A stretch of 64,000 bases of DNA from contig NC_043003.1 of the NCBI RefSeq assembly GCF_006345805.1, positions 110,856,001 to 110,920,000 on the forward strand, in the 5' to 3' direction. Below, piece after piece: positions 39,565 through 53,635 of the stretch (position 1 is its first letter; each line of letters opens with the position of its first letter). A program made the translations under genes and the position numbers. The DNA is from Octopus sinensis (taxonomy: Eukaryota). Under the pieces are notes generated by a model, which was not told where the DNA came from, did not search any database, and saw nothing but the letters and a program-made list of their open reading frames with translations.

Positions 39565-42500
39565 GACACTTGCCCAAGTTAACCGCGCAGTCGGAATGAA
39601 CCTGGAACCATGGGGTTCGTAAGCAAGCTACTAACTACACAACCACAGAAGCGTAAATGAATGAAATGGAAGAAAAAAGATTGATAAAAAGGGAAACGAA
39701 GTGGGAAAATCCAATACGATTAAAATTAGCGATATTTTAGCTAACAACGCAAAATTATGCTGTGTAAAAAATGCATATATCTAAAGAAAAATGGCGGTGG
39801 TGCTTGTTTATATATATTTCTAGATATACCAGCAGACCTTTGGGCCACAACCATTTGAAGTTGGAAAAATCGCGGCAAAGGAAAACAATACTAATTTATT
39901 TAAATTATTGTCCTTTATTAACTTAATAGAAGGGAAGAAAAACGGACAGAGAATCCCTTTCATACGCTTATTTCAAACTCCATGTTATACCTATAGAAGC
40001 CATCCGACAGCACAGGGAGAAACTAGAGACCAAAAGTTTTCACAAAGCAAATACAGATTAAGGGAGGAAAAAACAGAAAGCAAAGTAAATTTCCCTTTAA
40101 GAAGAAGGAAATTAATTTCAAAATTGTAGAAATGATTAAGATAATAAAATAGAAAGAAAGAAATAAGGAAAACAGTGGCAGCTGCAACGACTCTTTGAAG
40201 TGCCACCGCCGCATATCTTTTTTCAACTTGATTGTTTTTTCTTAAATGGGGATTTGATTATTTTATTTGTAATCTTTATCATGTTCATCAAAGGACAGGG
40301 AAACAGACAAATTTAGAATTTTAGTATGATATAGATATGTATATAGTATCTATGTCAGAACGAGTAGAGAGTCGGCTTCTCTCTGTGATTTGATAATGAA
40401 CTTACCAAAATGAAAGACTCATGCATGTTCCTTCTAAATGTATACCTCAATGAAATACTTTTATTTCTACATTTTGATAGCATTTTATTTTAATTCCCAG
40501 GTTATGTTTCATAATGCATATCCCAATAGTTAGTATAAAATACATAGATCTACGTTTCCAAAGGCAAAGCTATATATCGAAATAAGCTATAAATTCAGTT
40601 AATCATTATTGTTTTGTTTGTATTCAAGAGAGGAGGTGGTGCTCCATTCCACTACCTGCACGTCTTTCCTGAATGCTAACTAGTTAAAAGGCTTTCTACG
40701 AGAGATCTTTTGCCACATTAAAATTATTATTATTATATCTTTGGAAAAATCTACTACAGGAATGAAAAGTGCCAAGAAGTATTGTATATATTCTCTTATT
40801 TCCTTACGTTTCAGTATCTATATAAATCTGATATAAATCTTGACTACAAATAAATATTCGATTTATTTGTAGTTTCTTGTAAGAAAAACCACAAGTATTT
40901 TTCTTTTCTTTTCACCCTTCCCGATTCAACACTCTTTACCAATTATATTTACTTCGCCCTTATTTTGTGTTGGAAACATCACCATGGAAACCCAATGCTG
41001 TATTTATTTGTTTATATCTGACTTGTCATGTTTGAGCTATAGTATGAATGACATATCTCTTCTTTACAACAATTTTATTTTTGACGTAGTTATTCAGAAG
41101 TAGTTTCTTTACAAGTTGCAATTGAATTTTCATTGCTTTGTTCTTTTGCTACATTGAGCAGCATTTTATATTACACTTTTTTTACCATCATCTTGCATGA
41201 TATCTTTCAATTGGATATTGCAAAGTCGATTCAGGTTTCCTTTTCTTCTATTTATCAATCTTTGTAAACCGTTATTTTTTCTTTGATGGCCTGATCTATG
41301 AGGAAGTTCTCTTTCCTAGACATTATTTAACTGCAAGGAAAGAGCTCTGTCTACATGCGATAATACTTCATCTACATTTTTAGTCTAACGAATACTTTTT
41401 TTTTAATAATGCCTTTTGGAATTAATTTGTTTAATTCTAGAGTTAAATATAAAAGAGTAACAGAGAAATGGTTACCAACAATAAAACGTCAAGCCATTAT
41501 CTTCATTATACACGTTCGTATTTTTCACACTGCATATCCATTGCTATATATTGAATAGTGTTCAGTTAGCTTATTTCATACAGACGCTGAGATTAATGCC
41601 ATCGGATATACAAAATAATTCTAACAATTACTATTGAGAATGCAGAAATTTGTAGCAACGATGATGCTAATTCTATAGCATCAACTCAATAGTAACCATA
41701 ACTAATACTACTGAATTTGTGTTATTTCATTTCCATTTGTATAAGATTCCAGTAAGTTGTATGCATACAATGATAATTCCTAGAAGTGAAAGTACCATGT
41801 TCATCAAAATATATTATACATCAATGTTGCCATAGGTGTCATCATGGCCGGATTAATATTGTTATAATCGTTTCATAGTACGCAGATCTTTATTATCAGA
41901 AGACAGTTAACAAATCTAATTGAATATCAATGAATATTCCACACCAAATTTGTATTCATAAATATGTTTGGGAACAAAATATCTTGAAGTAAAATACTGT
42001 ACGCTTTGAATCAGCATAAGTCAACTCACAAAAGGTTCTTTGAATTTTCTCAATATCACTCAATGCAGCTCATTGCCGACAGTATAGTTTTGTCAATGGA
42101 AGTATATCTATTTTTAAAGAGTATTGTAATTTGCTTCACCCATTGTCATGTGGACACGATATAAATCGTTGAAAAGGCTTTCAACAATGCCGATAAGAAG
42201 CTAATACAAAATGCGTGCGGCGATGAGTTATGAGGATCACAAATATCGTTGTTGTCGTCATTGTCTTTTTTTTGTCATCAGTGTGACTTTTATAGTTGAA
42301 ATCTTTATTCTCTGCGTTGCTTATTACGTTCTGTAACAGAACATGTCCAAACGAATGGTGACAGTTTATTCAGAGATTGTAAGAATGATCTGATTATAAT
42401 TATAGTGTAAAGTGATACATAAAATGTTGGTTTAATTCTCACATCATTGTTGATATTGTATAGAGGAACATAAAGCCTAATATAAATGCGATATCCTTAG

Positions 42501-44897
42501 AGATATCTTATGGTTACTCGTAGCGAAGGATTTTATTTTAGATTCCAAAATATAGAACTCTGCATAAGTGAAAACCTGTATGTTCTGCCCATTTTTTGTA
42601 TTCGTGTTGCTCTATAGCCCTCGCTTAGCTCTGATATGACAGACTATAACGAAAGAATGTTATTGATGATCATAGTGAAGTAGCATCTTCTGGAATCGCG
42701 TGACCTTAGCAATGTTATTCGCATTGCCCTTTTATACCTAAGCAGAGGGTGAAGCGAGGAAATTCGAGTACCTGGGAATGTCTATAAGGATGGTTGATTA
42801 GGTCAACGCGTTGGTGTCGCGACTTTTCCTATTCATATGAATGGTCATTCGGGCGGTTGAATTTTTGAGTATGGCTATTTTTTTATGGTCATCGAGAGAA
42901 ATATACAGGTATTGTTCTACAAAATGGTAAATGTATATATATTCCTTTGGGACAAATTACTTAAATTTGACTCACTGCTAGATAAATTCATTCCAAGCAA
43001 AATTAAATAAAGAGCGAAACAAACAAAGAAACAAATAAATAAAGCATTCATGATTTTTTTAAATTTTTCAATAAGTTAATCGAACGAAATACCTGCTTCA
43101 TTGATCTAAAGCCAAGCGATAGCTTTGAGCAAATATGTCTAGATATGTATTGTTATGACTAATGTTTTAGTTGCCTATGTAGTCGCGAACAGATAAAGAT
43201 AAACTTCTCTCCAATCTCTTGTAACTCGAACGCACACCGAGATATGTCAGCTGGAAAGAGAGAGTGAGAGAGCGCGGGGGAGAGGAAAAGACAGACAATC
43301 AGACAGACAGACGAGAGGTTGACACGTACTCGCCTGGTCCACATTTTCAGCAGATCTGGTTGCAGCGTTATGAGATGGCAAATAATGCAACACGACAGCT
43401 GGCTCATAAACTGGGAAATCCACGCATCTCAAACACCTCAGCCAGGAGGCTACACAATTTAGCTTTGATTTACTTATTATTTGGTTTAAATATTTCAACA
43501 TGAAACCACGAAACGAGAATAAATTTCAATACAGATTTAAGAAAGTGTAACCCGTTTTACATTTTAGGTGCATATGATATGTCTTTCAGGTAACAAATAT
43601 TTCATGGACCGCTCTCATTATGTCGAGCAAAAACAACTACACCTTTTTTGAACTCGGGATATAAATGACTAATTATATAATATGTTATCTGCCCGAAAAA
43701 ATGTTTCAGGTACCAATGAGTCTCGGTGAAAAGAAACGTTAAAGAATTGAACTTATACGGACATGTACAATATTAAATATGTAATAGGTTGAAACTGAAA
43801 ACAAAATATTATGATGGGGCCCGCCTAGAACATTACATTTGGTCTGTATTCATAAAAGTGAAGGGAATTCAAAACGTATTAGTATCAATACTGGAAATTT
43901 TAATTTCTCTTATCAATCTGCATATATATATATATATACATTCATATTTGTGTAGGAACGTTTGTGTTTCTAAGTACCTTACTTTGGATCTACGTGGTTT
44001 CAGGTTCAGTCGCACAGTGCGGCACCATGAAGGAGTGTCTTCTATAATAGTACCGACCGACCAAAGGCTTCTAAGTAATTCGGTATAAGTATACAAATGT
44101 GGAGGATATCTGTGCGTGTGTGCTACAGAATCTTCCAAAACTATTAAGCGTTGATTAATATCCCAGCCTAATAAGATTACCCACGAAATCAATATAATTT
44201 AATTACCAAAAGTACGAAAATGAAGTACTCAAAATAACGATAGCCCAATATATTAAATATTTACAGTAATATGAAACATGCTTTCCCATCATCAGCTGCC
44301 TAGCTACTACCATTATTGTTTCGTCACCTGGACTGTACCATTAACTCCAGCGGCGTCAGCAGCTTTAAAATGATATACGCTGTCTGAAAATCAAAGAGCA
44401 AGCAGTTGGATCGAAATATTTGTCTAATATACCCCTGTTTACTATAAGTACCAACATCGAATATAAACAAAACGGCATTACCTTTGAGAACCGACGTTGA
44501 TTGATTTACGTTCCAGAGCCCATGTGGTTCAGCATTAGAGAGAGATGAAATATATACTATGCTTTAAATATAAGTGCTGGGGACGTTGACTAAAATCAAT
44601 TTCATTAAAATACCCAAAGTTTTGGCTGAGTAATTTTCCAGTTCACTAATGGAACCAATTAGAAGTACGATGTGTGTGTATATGTGCGTCTGTGCGTGTG
44701 TGTATGTGTATGTTTGTTTATGCGTGTGTGTGTATGCTTACATGCAAAAGTTATATTATTGTATTCCTATATGTAAGAACACGTATATATAGTAGCGCAT
44801 AAGTTGTGTTTGGGTATATATACGTCGTCTTTTTATATTTTCAATATTCCTGAACACACACGAACTAACAAACGCAAACTCACATATATACATGCAT

Positions 44898-44928
<31 letters not shown>

Positions 44929-44954
44929 CATACACACACACACACACACACACA

Positions 44955-45011
<57 letters not shown>

Positions 45012-45645
45012 TAGTTATAATGAATTGGGTTTTCCCTTCGACCCAAGTAATTATTCTCATTAATTACTGGATTTGGTAGATATGAATATTTAAGATTTTC
45101 TTCGATATTGAAAATTGCATTTTAATGACAAAGCACAGTAGCAAATATTTCAAATGTCGAAAAGAAAATGAAAGACAAACTAGTAGCATCAAATGGAAAG
45201 ATGGCAACAAAAATCAAGTTTAGAAAATAACTGAAGTAATGGAGGAGACGAATGATAAAGCGGAAAAATAAATTGAGTTGGACAATATGTCATTTAAAAT
45301 TTGATTCACTTTATACTTCAAATGTAGCTTCCACATACAATATGAGGAGAGTATTGTAACCTAGAAAATAGCAGCTGCCTACATCATTAGTCAATACACT
45401 TGAGTCATATGACCTTTCCAGCTTGGTTATGTAAAAAATCTGATTTCGTTTAACATCTGTAAAAGGCTAAAGTATTATAAAATTCAAACATTTTATCGAA
45501 CTATGTTTAATCCTTCGAAGATTCTACAAAAACATGTGTATATGAATGACCTCCCACCATATATAATCATTATATAATCACTGAATAAATATATACATAC
45601 ACATATATGTACATATATATATGTGTGTCTATGTGTGTGTGTGTG

Positions 45646-45681
<36 letters not shown>

Positions 45682-46854
45682 AGTCTATACTTATATGTAC
45701 TCTACCCAGATTACAAGTTCTGGTTTATACCTGTAATTTGGCGGTACTGGCAACATACCAATCTTGGGAAATTGGCCTTCTTGAAACTTATTTCCAAGAC
45801 TACAGCCACAAGCCATCACCGGAACAGTAAAAATCTGTAAAACCTTCATGAAGGTTATCATTTCCATATATATGCGCATGTCTAAGCAGGCAACTATATG
45901 CATGACAAAATATACATAAAACATTATATACAAATCTGCATGTACACTGACTCCAAATACTGCATATACATTCAAAAATACCCCGTCGTTGCTGTTGAGA
46001 TTTCAATGAAGGAGCCATGAGTCTAGGTTATGAACCGGCTCTCTCCCTATTGACAAGAATTCTTGAAATAAACCGAATAATGACATACAAATAAACATAC
46101 ATACATACATACATACATACACGCATACATTCACACACTTACACACACATGCATATGATAGTCCAAATTTCCGAGAGGTTGAAGCAGAGGCAGATATATA
46201 TTATCTTGTTTATATACTATTATCGTCCCATGACAGTCAAAGTACTAAACATACTAGTAGTACATGGATTGCCGGATATCTTGCACAGTGTAGCACATTT
46301 GAGCTGAGAAAGTCACATCTGCTTTGTTGGCCATGTGGATATTAAATCTTTAGCAAAATTCATGGAAGAAATCGCACAGACCAAAGCAAAAGGAAAAGAT
46401 AGATGATTTAATTAGACAGCAAGCATTCATTCTGTAATCGGCAAGGTCTAAATAACCTGCAATCGAAGTATTTACGGGTATTCACCATCTCCGTATTATT
46501 AAAGACTCTAAATATCCAGGAGAAGGTATTCAAATTTTGTTATCCACACAAATATGGAAGGAACGTGACATTATATTAGCAAATATATTCTTCAAACACC
46601 TCGTATTATACTTAGCCAGCAATCTAAATTTATAACGTTGGTTACAATAAAATCAAGCTAGCAAATGAATCACTCTCATTTATTCCAATTTTGCTTACCT
46701 CATACTCGATAATCTTATTCGATCACTTGCTTAAAACTGTGATGGTATGTTTTTAGTGAAGCATGCATAAAGACATGTAAAGCGGTTATTGTTAATCGAG
46801 TACTACACAATAAATGAAAGTTCATTTTAATTATACTGCCATTTATTCTTTGGA

Positions 46855-46979
46855 AGCCTAGTACTTATTATATTGGTCTATTTCTCCTAACCGCAGACTT
46901 ACGCGGATTTAAACACACCACCATCGGTTATCAAGTGATTTTTGGGGTGGGGGCAAACACAGACACACAAACATATATA

Positions 46980-47048
<69 letters not shown>

Positions 47049-47052
47049 TATA

Positions 47053-47085
<33 letters not shown>

Positions 47086-47216
47086 CGCGTATATACGGCG
47101 GGTTTCTTTCAGCCTCCGTCTACCAAATCCACTCATAAGACTTTGGCCGGCCCCAAGCTATAGTAGGAGACACTTGCCCAAGGTGCCATGCAGCGGGAAT
47201 TAACCCGGAACCATGT
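46855..47216 (-). mobile_element. SINE with an internal (CA)n(TA)n tract
   Basis: acaccaccatcggttatcaag...(CA)(TA)...ccgtctaccaaatccactca...gacacttgcccaaggtgccatgcag. Confidence 0.75.
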
Positions 47217-49757
47217 CTCCTGCGTCTGTTCGACATTTATTATAAACATGCTACAATTACACTTTAAGATTACTATAGGAACAATATATACCGGCATTTT
47301 AATTGATAATTACAATTAAGTAACTAACAGACCATGTAATCATGACTAATATAGTCTGTACCAAGAGCACTTTCAATATATCGATGAACTTTCTAGCATC
47401 ATATGCATCAATGAGATATATTATATTATTTACACACAAGTCTCAGGAAATAATCGATGATAATTGTGCTATAATAAACTATATCAAAAGGATAAACTAT
47501 TGTTCAATGTTCATTCTGCTTCTACCCGACACTATCTGCAAAACCTGGTGGGTGATGTAAATTATGAAAGGACTGATAACACAAAGTTGTGATTGCAATA
47601 CCGACGAGTGCTTAGTTAAATGCCATAGTGCTTTAATCGTCGTTGTTCATCTAAAGATCAACTGTTATTTGAGTGATCTATAGTCAATTGTGTCGCAGAC
47701 GAGAACATTCCTTTTATCTAAACACTATACCTAGGAATATATTTTCGATTATATTTTCGGTTATTACGGTGATTGTATAGCACTAGAAAAGGGGCTGCCT
47801 GCTGGTAACTTGTTAGCACAAATGTCTCTTTCTTTTCATGTTTGTATTTCATTGTTTTATTGCTCGTTGGAGTATATTCTGGTGCTTACATATTACTTTT
47901 CCGTTTATTATCTGGTTGATGCAGTGCGCAAATTAAAGAAATTTAGATTTTCAGGTCACTAAAGTGAGTAGTTTAAATGCTGTAAGAAAATTTTAACAAA
48001 GTGGAGAAATCAGAGTTAGAAGCGTGACGTCTTTACATAGTTGATATAATCAATCCGATCAGCTCGAAAAGATTTTGCTTATATATACGCTGATGATTAT
48101 GTGATTCAGTTTCATTATCATGAACAATATATACTAATAAAAAGCAATAACATTGGAAACATTTTCTTTAGCATAGCTTAATGTTAACGAAGTTTATTTT
48201 GATCTCATAGATAGTAAATTTAAATATATTCCTTCTTGTGAAAATAGAATTTGGTTAGCTCTAATATCAATTAAAATGAATTATAATTAAGGATTAAGCA
48301 ATTACTGATTCTTATTCCTAATCATTATTTCGAACAGCGAACTGTTTATGGATAATATCATTAGTTTTCAGTTTTAAATGAAGTTAGTAGAAGAAACATG
48401 TTAGCTTACCATTAGATTGCTCTGTGGTTAAGTGGTACTGCATTCTGTCTGCTTGATTTGGGCTTCGTAATATTAAACATATTACAGAAGCCGTACGATG
48501 TAACACTGCATGTAATTAAAATCAAGCGATGACGTTAGAATGCTTTTCTTTTTCATTGAGGATGTGACCATTTTGTACATAGCTTCGATTGAGATGCAAA
48601 TTATAAAAGAAGCCTTAATTTTAATTCCATAAAATATATTTTGAAATAAAGACATAATATTCGGTGTAACTGAAATAGACCAAAGCCTGCCTCCGCTAGC
48701 TATCTTATTTGCGTCTCATCTTCGCGATCTCTCCAACTGATTAGTATAAAATAAAGTGAGTGACTGTTATTTCCGTTTTGACCAACTCTTTCATTTATTC
48801 AAATTATCATTCTCTTCCATGCACTCATGCTAAAATGACAGGATTTAAATGCATGACGTTATGATAATTGCAATCTGGTGCCTATTTTGGTCATATATGT
48901 ATTAGATATCAACTATATTTTCATTTCCTCATAATTGTGAAATGCTAGTGATGCAACTATCATTACCTTAGCATTTACATTTTAAACCCGAATTTATAAA
49001 TATTCATTAAGTCAATCTGCATCGAAGGTTATAATGTTGTGCTAATATAAACCTCACTTTCTGTAGAAAATATTTGGGAATAATTTCCATCAAGTTTGAT
49101 TCATCAATTTACCACGAAGCAACAAAGTTATAAACGACAGGAAAAGGATGAGAAAATATAACTCATATACACGTCTGAATAATGATCTAGACCATATAAT
49201 TAATCCCAATTTATACACATGCTTTTACAGCGGATAGTTTCCAGGAACCATTTTGGAATATGTATTATGATTTTAAAAATATTTTACAATATTAACAATT
49301 TTCAAGTTAATGACTTAAATATGCACATATAAATTTTATATTTTCTGAAATATAAACGAACTGGCACCAGTCATTCTTAGAGATGCTATCTCATTTCATG
49401 TTATTTCGAGCATAAAATGAGAAATTACTGAGATAATATTTAAAGGAATCGATTATGAAATAAGACTATAAACCAGTATAATAATTGTGCATTTATATAT
49501 ACTGCTGCACAAGCTTACAAGCAGATCAGATTTCAGTTTCGAAACAACTCCTCACTACCTCCCGCTTAACCTTTACTAACAAACAATTACGTGTGTAACT
49601 TCCTTACTTTGCGCAGTAGAAACCCGTTTAGGTCGTTTAAATCGTAAAAATACGGAGTATATATTTGTAAAAAGGAAAAAGGAAATAAAAAGGAAAAGAG
49701 GAAATAATTCTTGAGATTGAAGAAATCACCATATTCTGTATCGCTATAATTATTCCT

Positions 49758-49820
<63 letters not shown>

Positions 49821-50811
49821 ATATATATAATTAAGAGTTTAGCAACAAGTTGCTTCACCACATACCGAAACTTTAGAAATAGCAGCCAAAAGACAGCTAA
49901 TTCTTTTAACTACAAATATGACACCACAGATAACAATATTTGTAACTCACATAGGCAAAAAGAAGAAAAAATAACGAAATCAAACAGTCTACGATTACTT
50001 ATGTACGCGTTTCGGGACTATAATTATAAAAATTCATTTCTTTCATCGGCATAATATTTCTAGAATCATGAATTTGAAAATGTTGAAACCCACCCTTTGC
50101 ATCTTCCATCAGGCGACGTCGAAACATAACACAAGGTAGTCAACACTTTGAGACTTATATAGACGGATAATTTCATGTTACATCATACGTGAGAAATGAT
50201 ATAAAAAATTGTTAGTCAAATTATTTAATTACACTTTTCACTACCCAGGCACCACCACCACCTCCAGTATCACTTCCACCATCATTATCTCTCTTTCCTA
50301 CTTTCTTTCCTTCCTCTCCTCTCTCTCTCTCTCTCTCTGTGCATTTCTTTGACTCACCATCGGAACATCATCCCTCTGCTAATGTTACATTTTGAACTCT
50401 CCTCCACTATATCCTCACTACATTCAACAAACTTTTTTAACGAAATAAATATTACGTTCCCCCACTTCACGACATGGGCGCTTCTCTCTCCTTCTTTTTC
50501 TGTCTCTCCGTCTTTCCTTTCTCCCTCTTTTCCGCTAATCATCCGAAAGCGTTAACATGTGTGTGTGTGTGCGTGCGTACGCATGCGCTCATGTGTGCGT
50601 GTGATTTGAGTTATTAGCTCCGCCTTCCTATACTCAATATTCATATACCGCCGAGGTCAACTTTGTTTTTGAACATTTAGTGAACAATTAATGTGTACCG
50701 ATCAGAGGGTTGTCAGAAATAAGCATGTTGGGGAATTGAAATCCGAACACGATCTACAGATTTGGTGGACTTTACTTCATTTCCCGTTTAGCAGCCCTGC
50801 TCGTTTTAATT

Positions 50812-51029
50812 GAAGGGAGTGCTGAAAAGTTCCCGGCTTTAAGGGTGTCGTGAAAAGTGTGGTTACAGGCTTAAATTTTCGATTTCTTTTATAGAGCTTA
50901 AGAAAACAGAAGGGCCGCTGCAATAAGTGTGTGAATCTCAAAGTGGAATATGTTGAATGAAATCATTATTAACCGATTCGCCTCTGTTTTTGTTTACAGA
51001 AAACCGGGAGCATTTCGGCACCCGTCCTA
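50812..51029 (+). mobile_element. mariner-derived MITE/deletion derivative
   Basis: Inverted ends gagtgctgaaaagttcccggcttt and aaaaccgggagcatttcggcaccc. Internal RCNKCVNLKVEYVE* matches the mariner transposase C-terminus. Confidence 0.7.
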
Positions 51030-51577
51030 CTGCTACATTAACACAAGTTGTACAAGGCAATGTCTCTCGTTTGGGGATTATTACCATGATCCTTCTCTTT
51101 ATCCATTTTCTGAGACCTTCTAAACGGATGTGAGCAAAGCCTATCCACCTCACTAAAACTTAAGTAAATTCACAATTGTAGCGCATATCCTCTCGGAAAT
51201 ACGAAAAGTAGGAAAAAGCAAAATAATTTACGTAATTAGCATTATCTAAAATACAAGTGAATTTTACGTCTAAATAAAAAGAAAATTACAAATGACACGC
51301 ATGGTATATAGCTTATAGTAAAACCATTTTCATGTTGCTATTGCAAATGACGCGCATACGGTAAAGTAGGGGGGGTTAACTGGATTGAGAAAATTAAAAT
51401 GGGAACTTTTCATTAATCTTAGGAGGGATGACATTTAGATGCGACAATAGTTAGCTGTTTTCTTTTCTATGATATTGAAATTCGTCATAATATATCGCAT
51501 TAATTTTTAGAATTTTTACACGAATATTATATCTTATATAATATTCGTGTAATATTATACTTGTCACACAGCTGTAT

Positions 51578-51920
51578 ATGTCACTTCTTGGAATCGAACT
51601 CGGTATCTTGGGGTTAGTAGCCCACGCTCTTAGCCACTACACCCACGAGCATATGGCGTTGTTGTTCAGAGCACCGACTACCAACACCGAGATTCCGAGT
51701 TCGATTCCAGACAGTGACATGAATAATTACAATAATAACATCGAAAAATACTTTAAGAATGAGAATCCAGGTTCGAAATTTCAGTAAGGCACATGATGAA
51801 GGCTGGAGGGTATATCACCCGAACCGTTGCTTTGACGACAAGCAAGATGAGGACAAGAATCCGTCAAATGTAAATAATGTAAATAATGTACATAATTTCT
51901 CATCTCTTAAATATAGAACT
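51578..51920 (+). mobile_element. tRNA-headed SINE-like element with an inverted duplicate head and a degenerate hammerhead
   Basis: Head-to-head tRNA-like arms at 51578-51643 (-) and 51655-51720 (+), each with A box and B box (gagttcgattcc). Hammerhead-like motif at 51789-51830. Degenerate TSD acacagctgtat (51566-51577) / agacagctctat (51921-51932). Confidence 0.7.
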
Positions 51921-53305
51921 AGACAGCTCTATTCCTGTAAAAAAGCTAATGAAACGAAGTCGGTATTTTTAATATCAACCCCTGTATCATATTTTTGCCA
52001 GGGCACTATAATAATCAATTATATCACTAAAATTCTCTTTTAGATTTACACCGAATGAAAACAGCATACCCAAATCTCCTGTGTAATTTGAAATATAGCA
52101 TTTCTGAACAAATACTATAATTTTTCTTTAACATGAATTAAAACGTAACTTCGAAATATAAAATGGTGTAGAAATTTATTGCAGAAATTTAGATCAGAAA
52201 TCCATAACAGAAATATATAATAGAAAATAATTTCTGTCTAATTCATAGAGACGAGCTCAAAATGTATTTTTGAGTATATTGCGATATCTCGAAAACAATT
52301 TCAACCAAACCATTACAGTAGCCAAAAGAAAATATTTTTCTGTGTCTTTCTTTGAAGTAGAAAATACCAAGTACAAATTTAGAATTAGTAAGAATTATTT
52401 TCCTGGTAAACAAGTATTTGGATACAGACATTTAAAATAGACAAGCGAAGATAAAAAGAAATGAAAGAGAATTACAAAAAAAAAAGAAAATTCTCCATTA
52501 TTTAATCGGTGACAGTTGGAAACTGATTCCAGGGCTGCAAGTTACGTGCAAATGAGCGCAACTCTAGGGTTTTGACTTACTTTGTAAAACCATATCAATA
52601 TATATAAACACATGCACACACACACAAACACACTTCGCGGAAACACACACACACATGAGGATGGAAAATACTAGGTTTAAAAGGAAATCGCAGCATTTGT
52701 TTTTGCACCGGACACCAGCTTGAATTTGCTGAGTCTCCATTCATGTGACATTACATAATATTATTCGTTAGACTTATTATATACTTAAATATTTTTCATC
52801 AACAGCTGAGTGGCGGCGATACCTCCGGTGGAATGTGATCAAGCACTGTCAGATGTGTGGGGATTCACTCAGATATATCATGTTTGTGATTCACCACTAA
52901 TCCTTTCTGACGATTCGGGCGACGTAAATTTTTTTAAATGATACAAAAACAAGAAAAAAAAAATTATATTACGATATTACTTAATTCTACTTACTGTGAT
53001 ATTAACAATAACAAAATTCAATGTATATAAATGATAGTGATAATAAAATTAAGATTATAATAATAAATAGAATAAACCGAAAATGTATTTTACTAAGAAA
53101 TAAACGATGTGTGTCAACGGTAATTAGTAAATTAGTAAGCGATGTTTGTAAAATAAAAAAAATTAAGTTCATAAGATATTGTTTTGCTATGCTATGTTTT
53201 ACGATGCAAAACATCTTTGAATAATCTCTTATCTTTAAACTGTGTGGCCGTTTGTCTTCAGGTGATGCCACTCCCTCTTTCTCTCTCCCTGTCTCTCTCT
53301 CTCTC

Positions 53306-53421
<116 letters not shown>

Positions 53422-53435
53422 TAATATATATATAT

Positions 53436-53635
53436 AGGGAGAGTTTATGAAAAACACAAACACGGAGACAGGTGGTGTACAAAAGAAACAGATGTATTAG
53501 TATAACGCTCAGGAATAGAAAAAAGTCTCTTACATTTCGAGCCTACGCTCTTCTACAGAAAGGGACACAGAAAACAAGGAGAGAAACAAGGAGAGAAAAA
53601 TATGTGTGTAGTAGCTAACGGACTATCATGGCGTA
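53436..53635 (-). mobile_element. Penelope pLTR-like fragment next to (TA)n
   Basis: Colinear with 12485-12665. Confidence 0.65.
53527..53562 (-). ncRNA. Minimal hammerhead-like motif, U6 core variant
   Basis: CUUU-CUGUAGA-A-GAGC(GUAG)GCUC-GAAA-UG-UA-AGAG. Confidence 0.55.

Noticed and set aside
51578-51720. Possible pair of real tRNA genes
   Set aside because: The acceptor stems do not close, there is no oligo-T terminator, and the arms sit in a TSD-flanked repeat.
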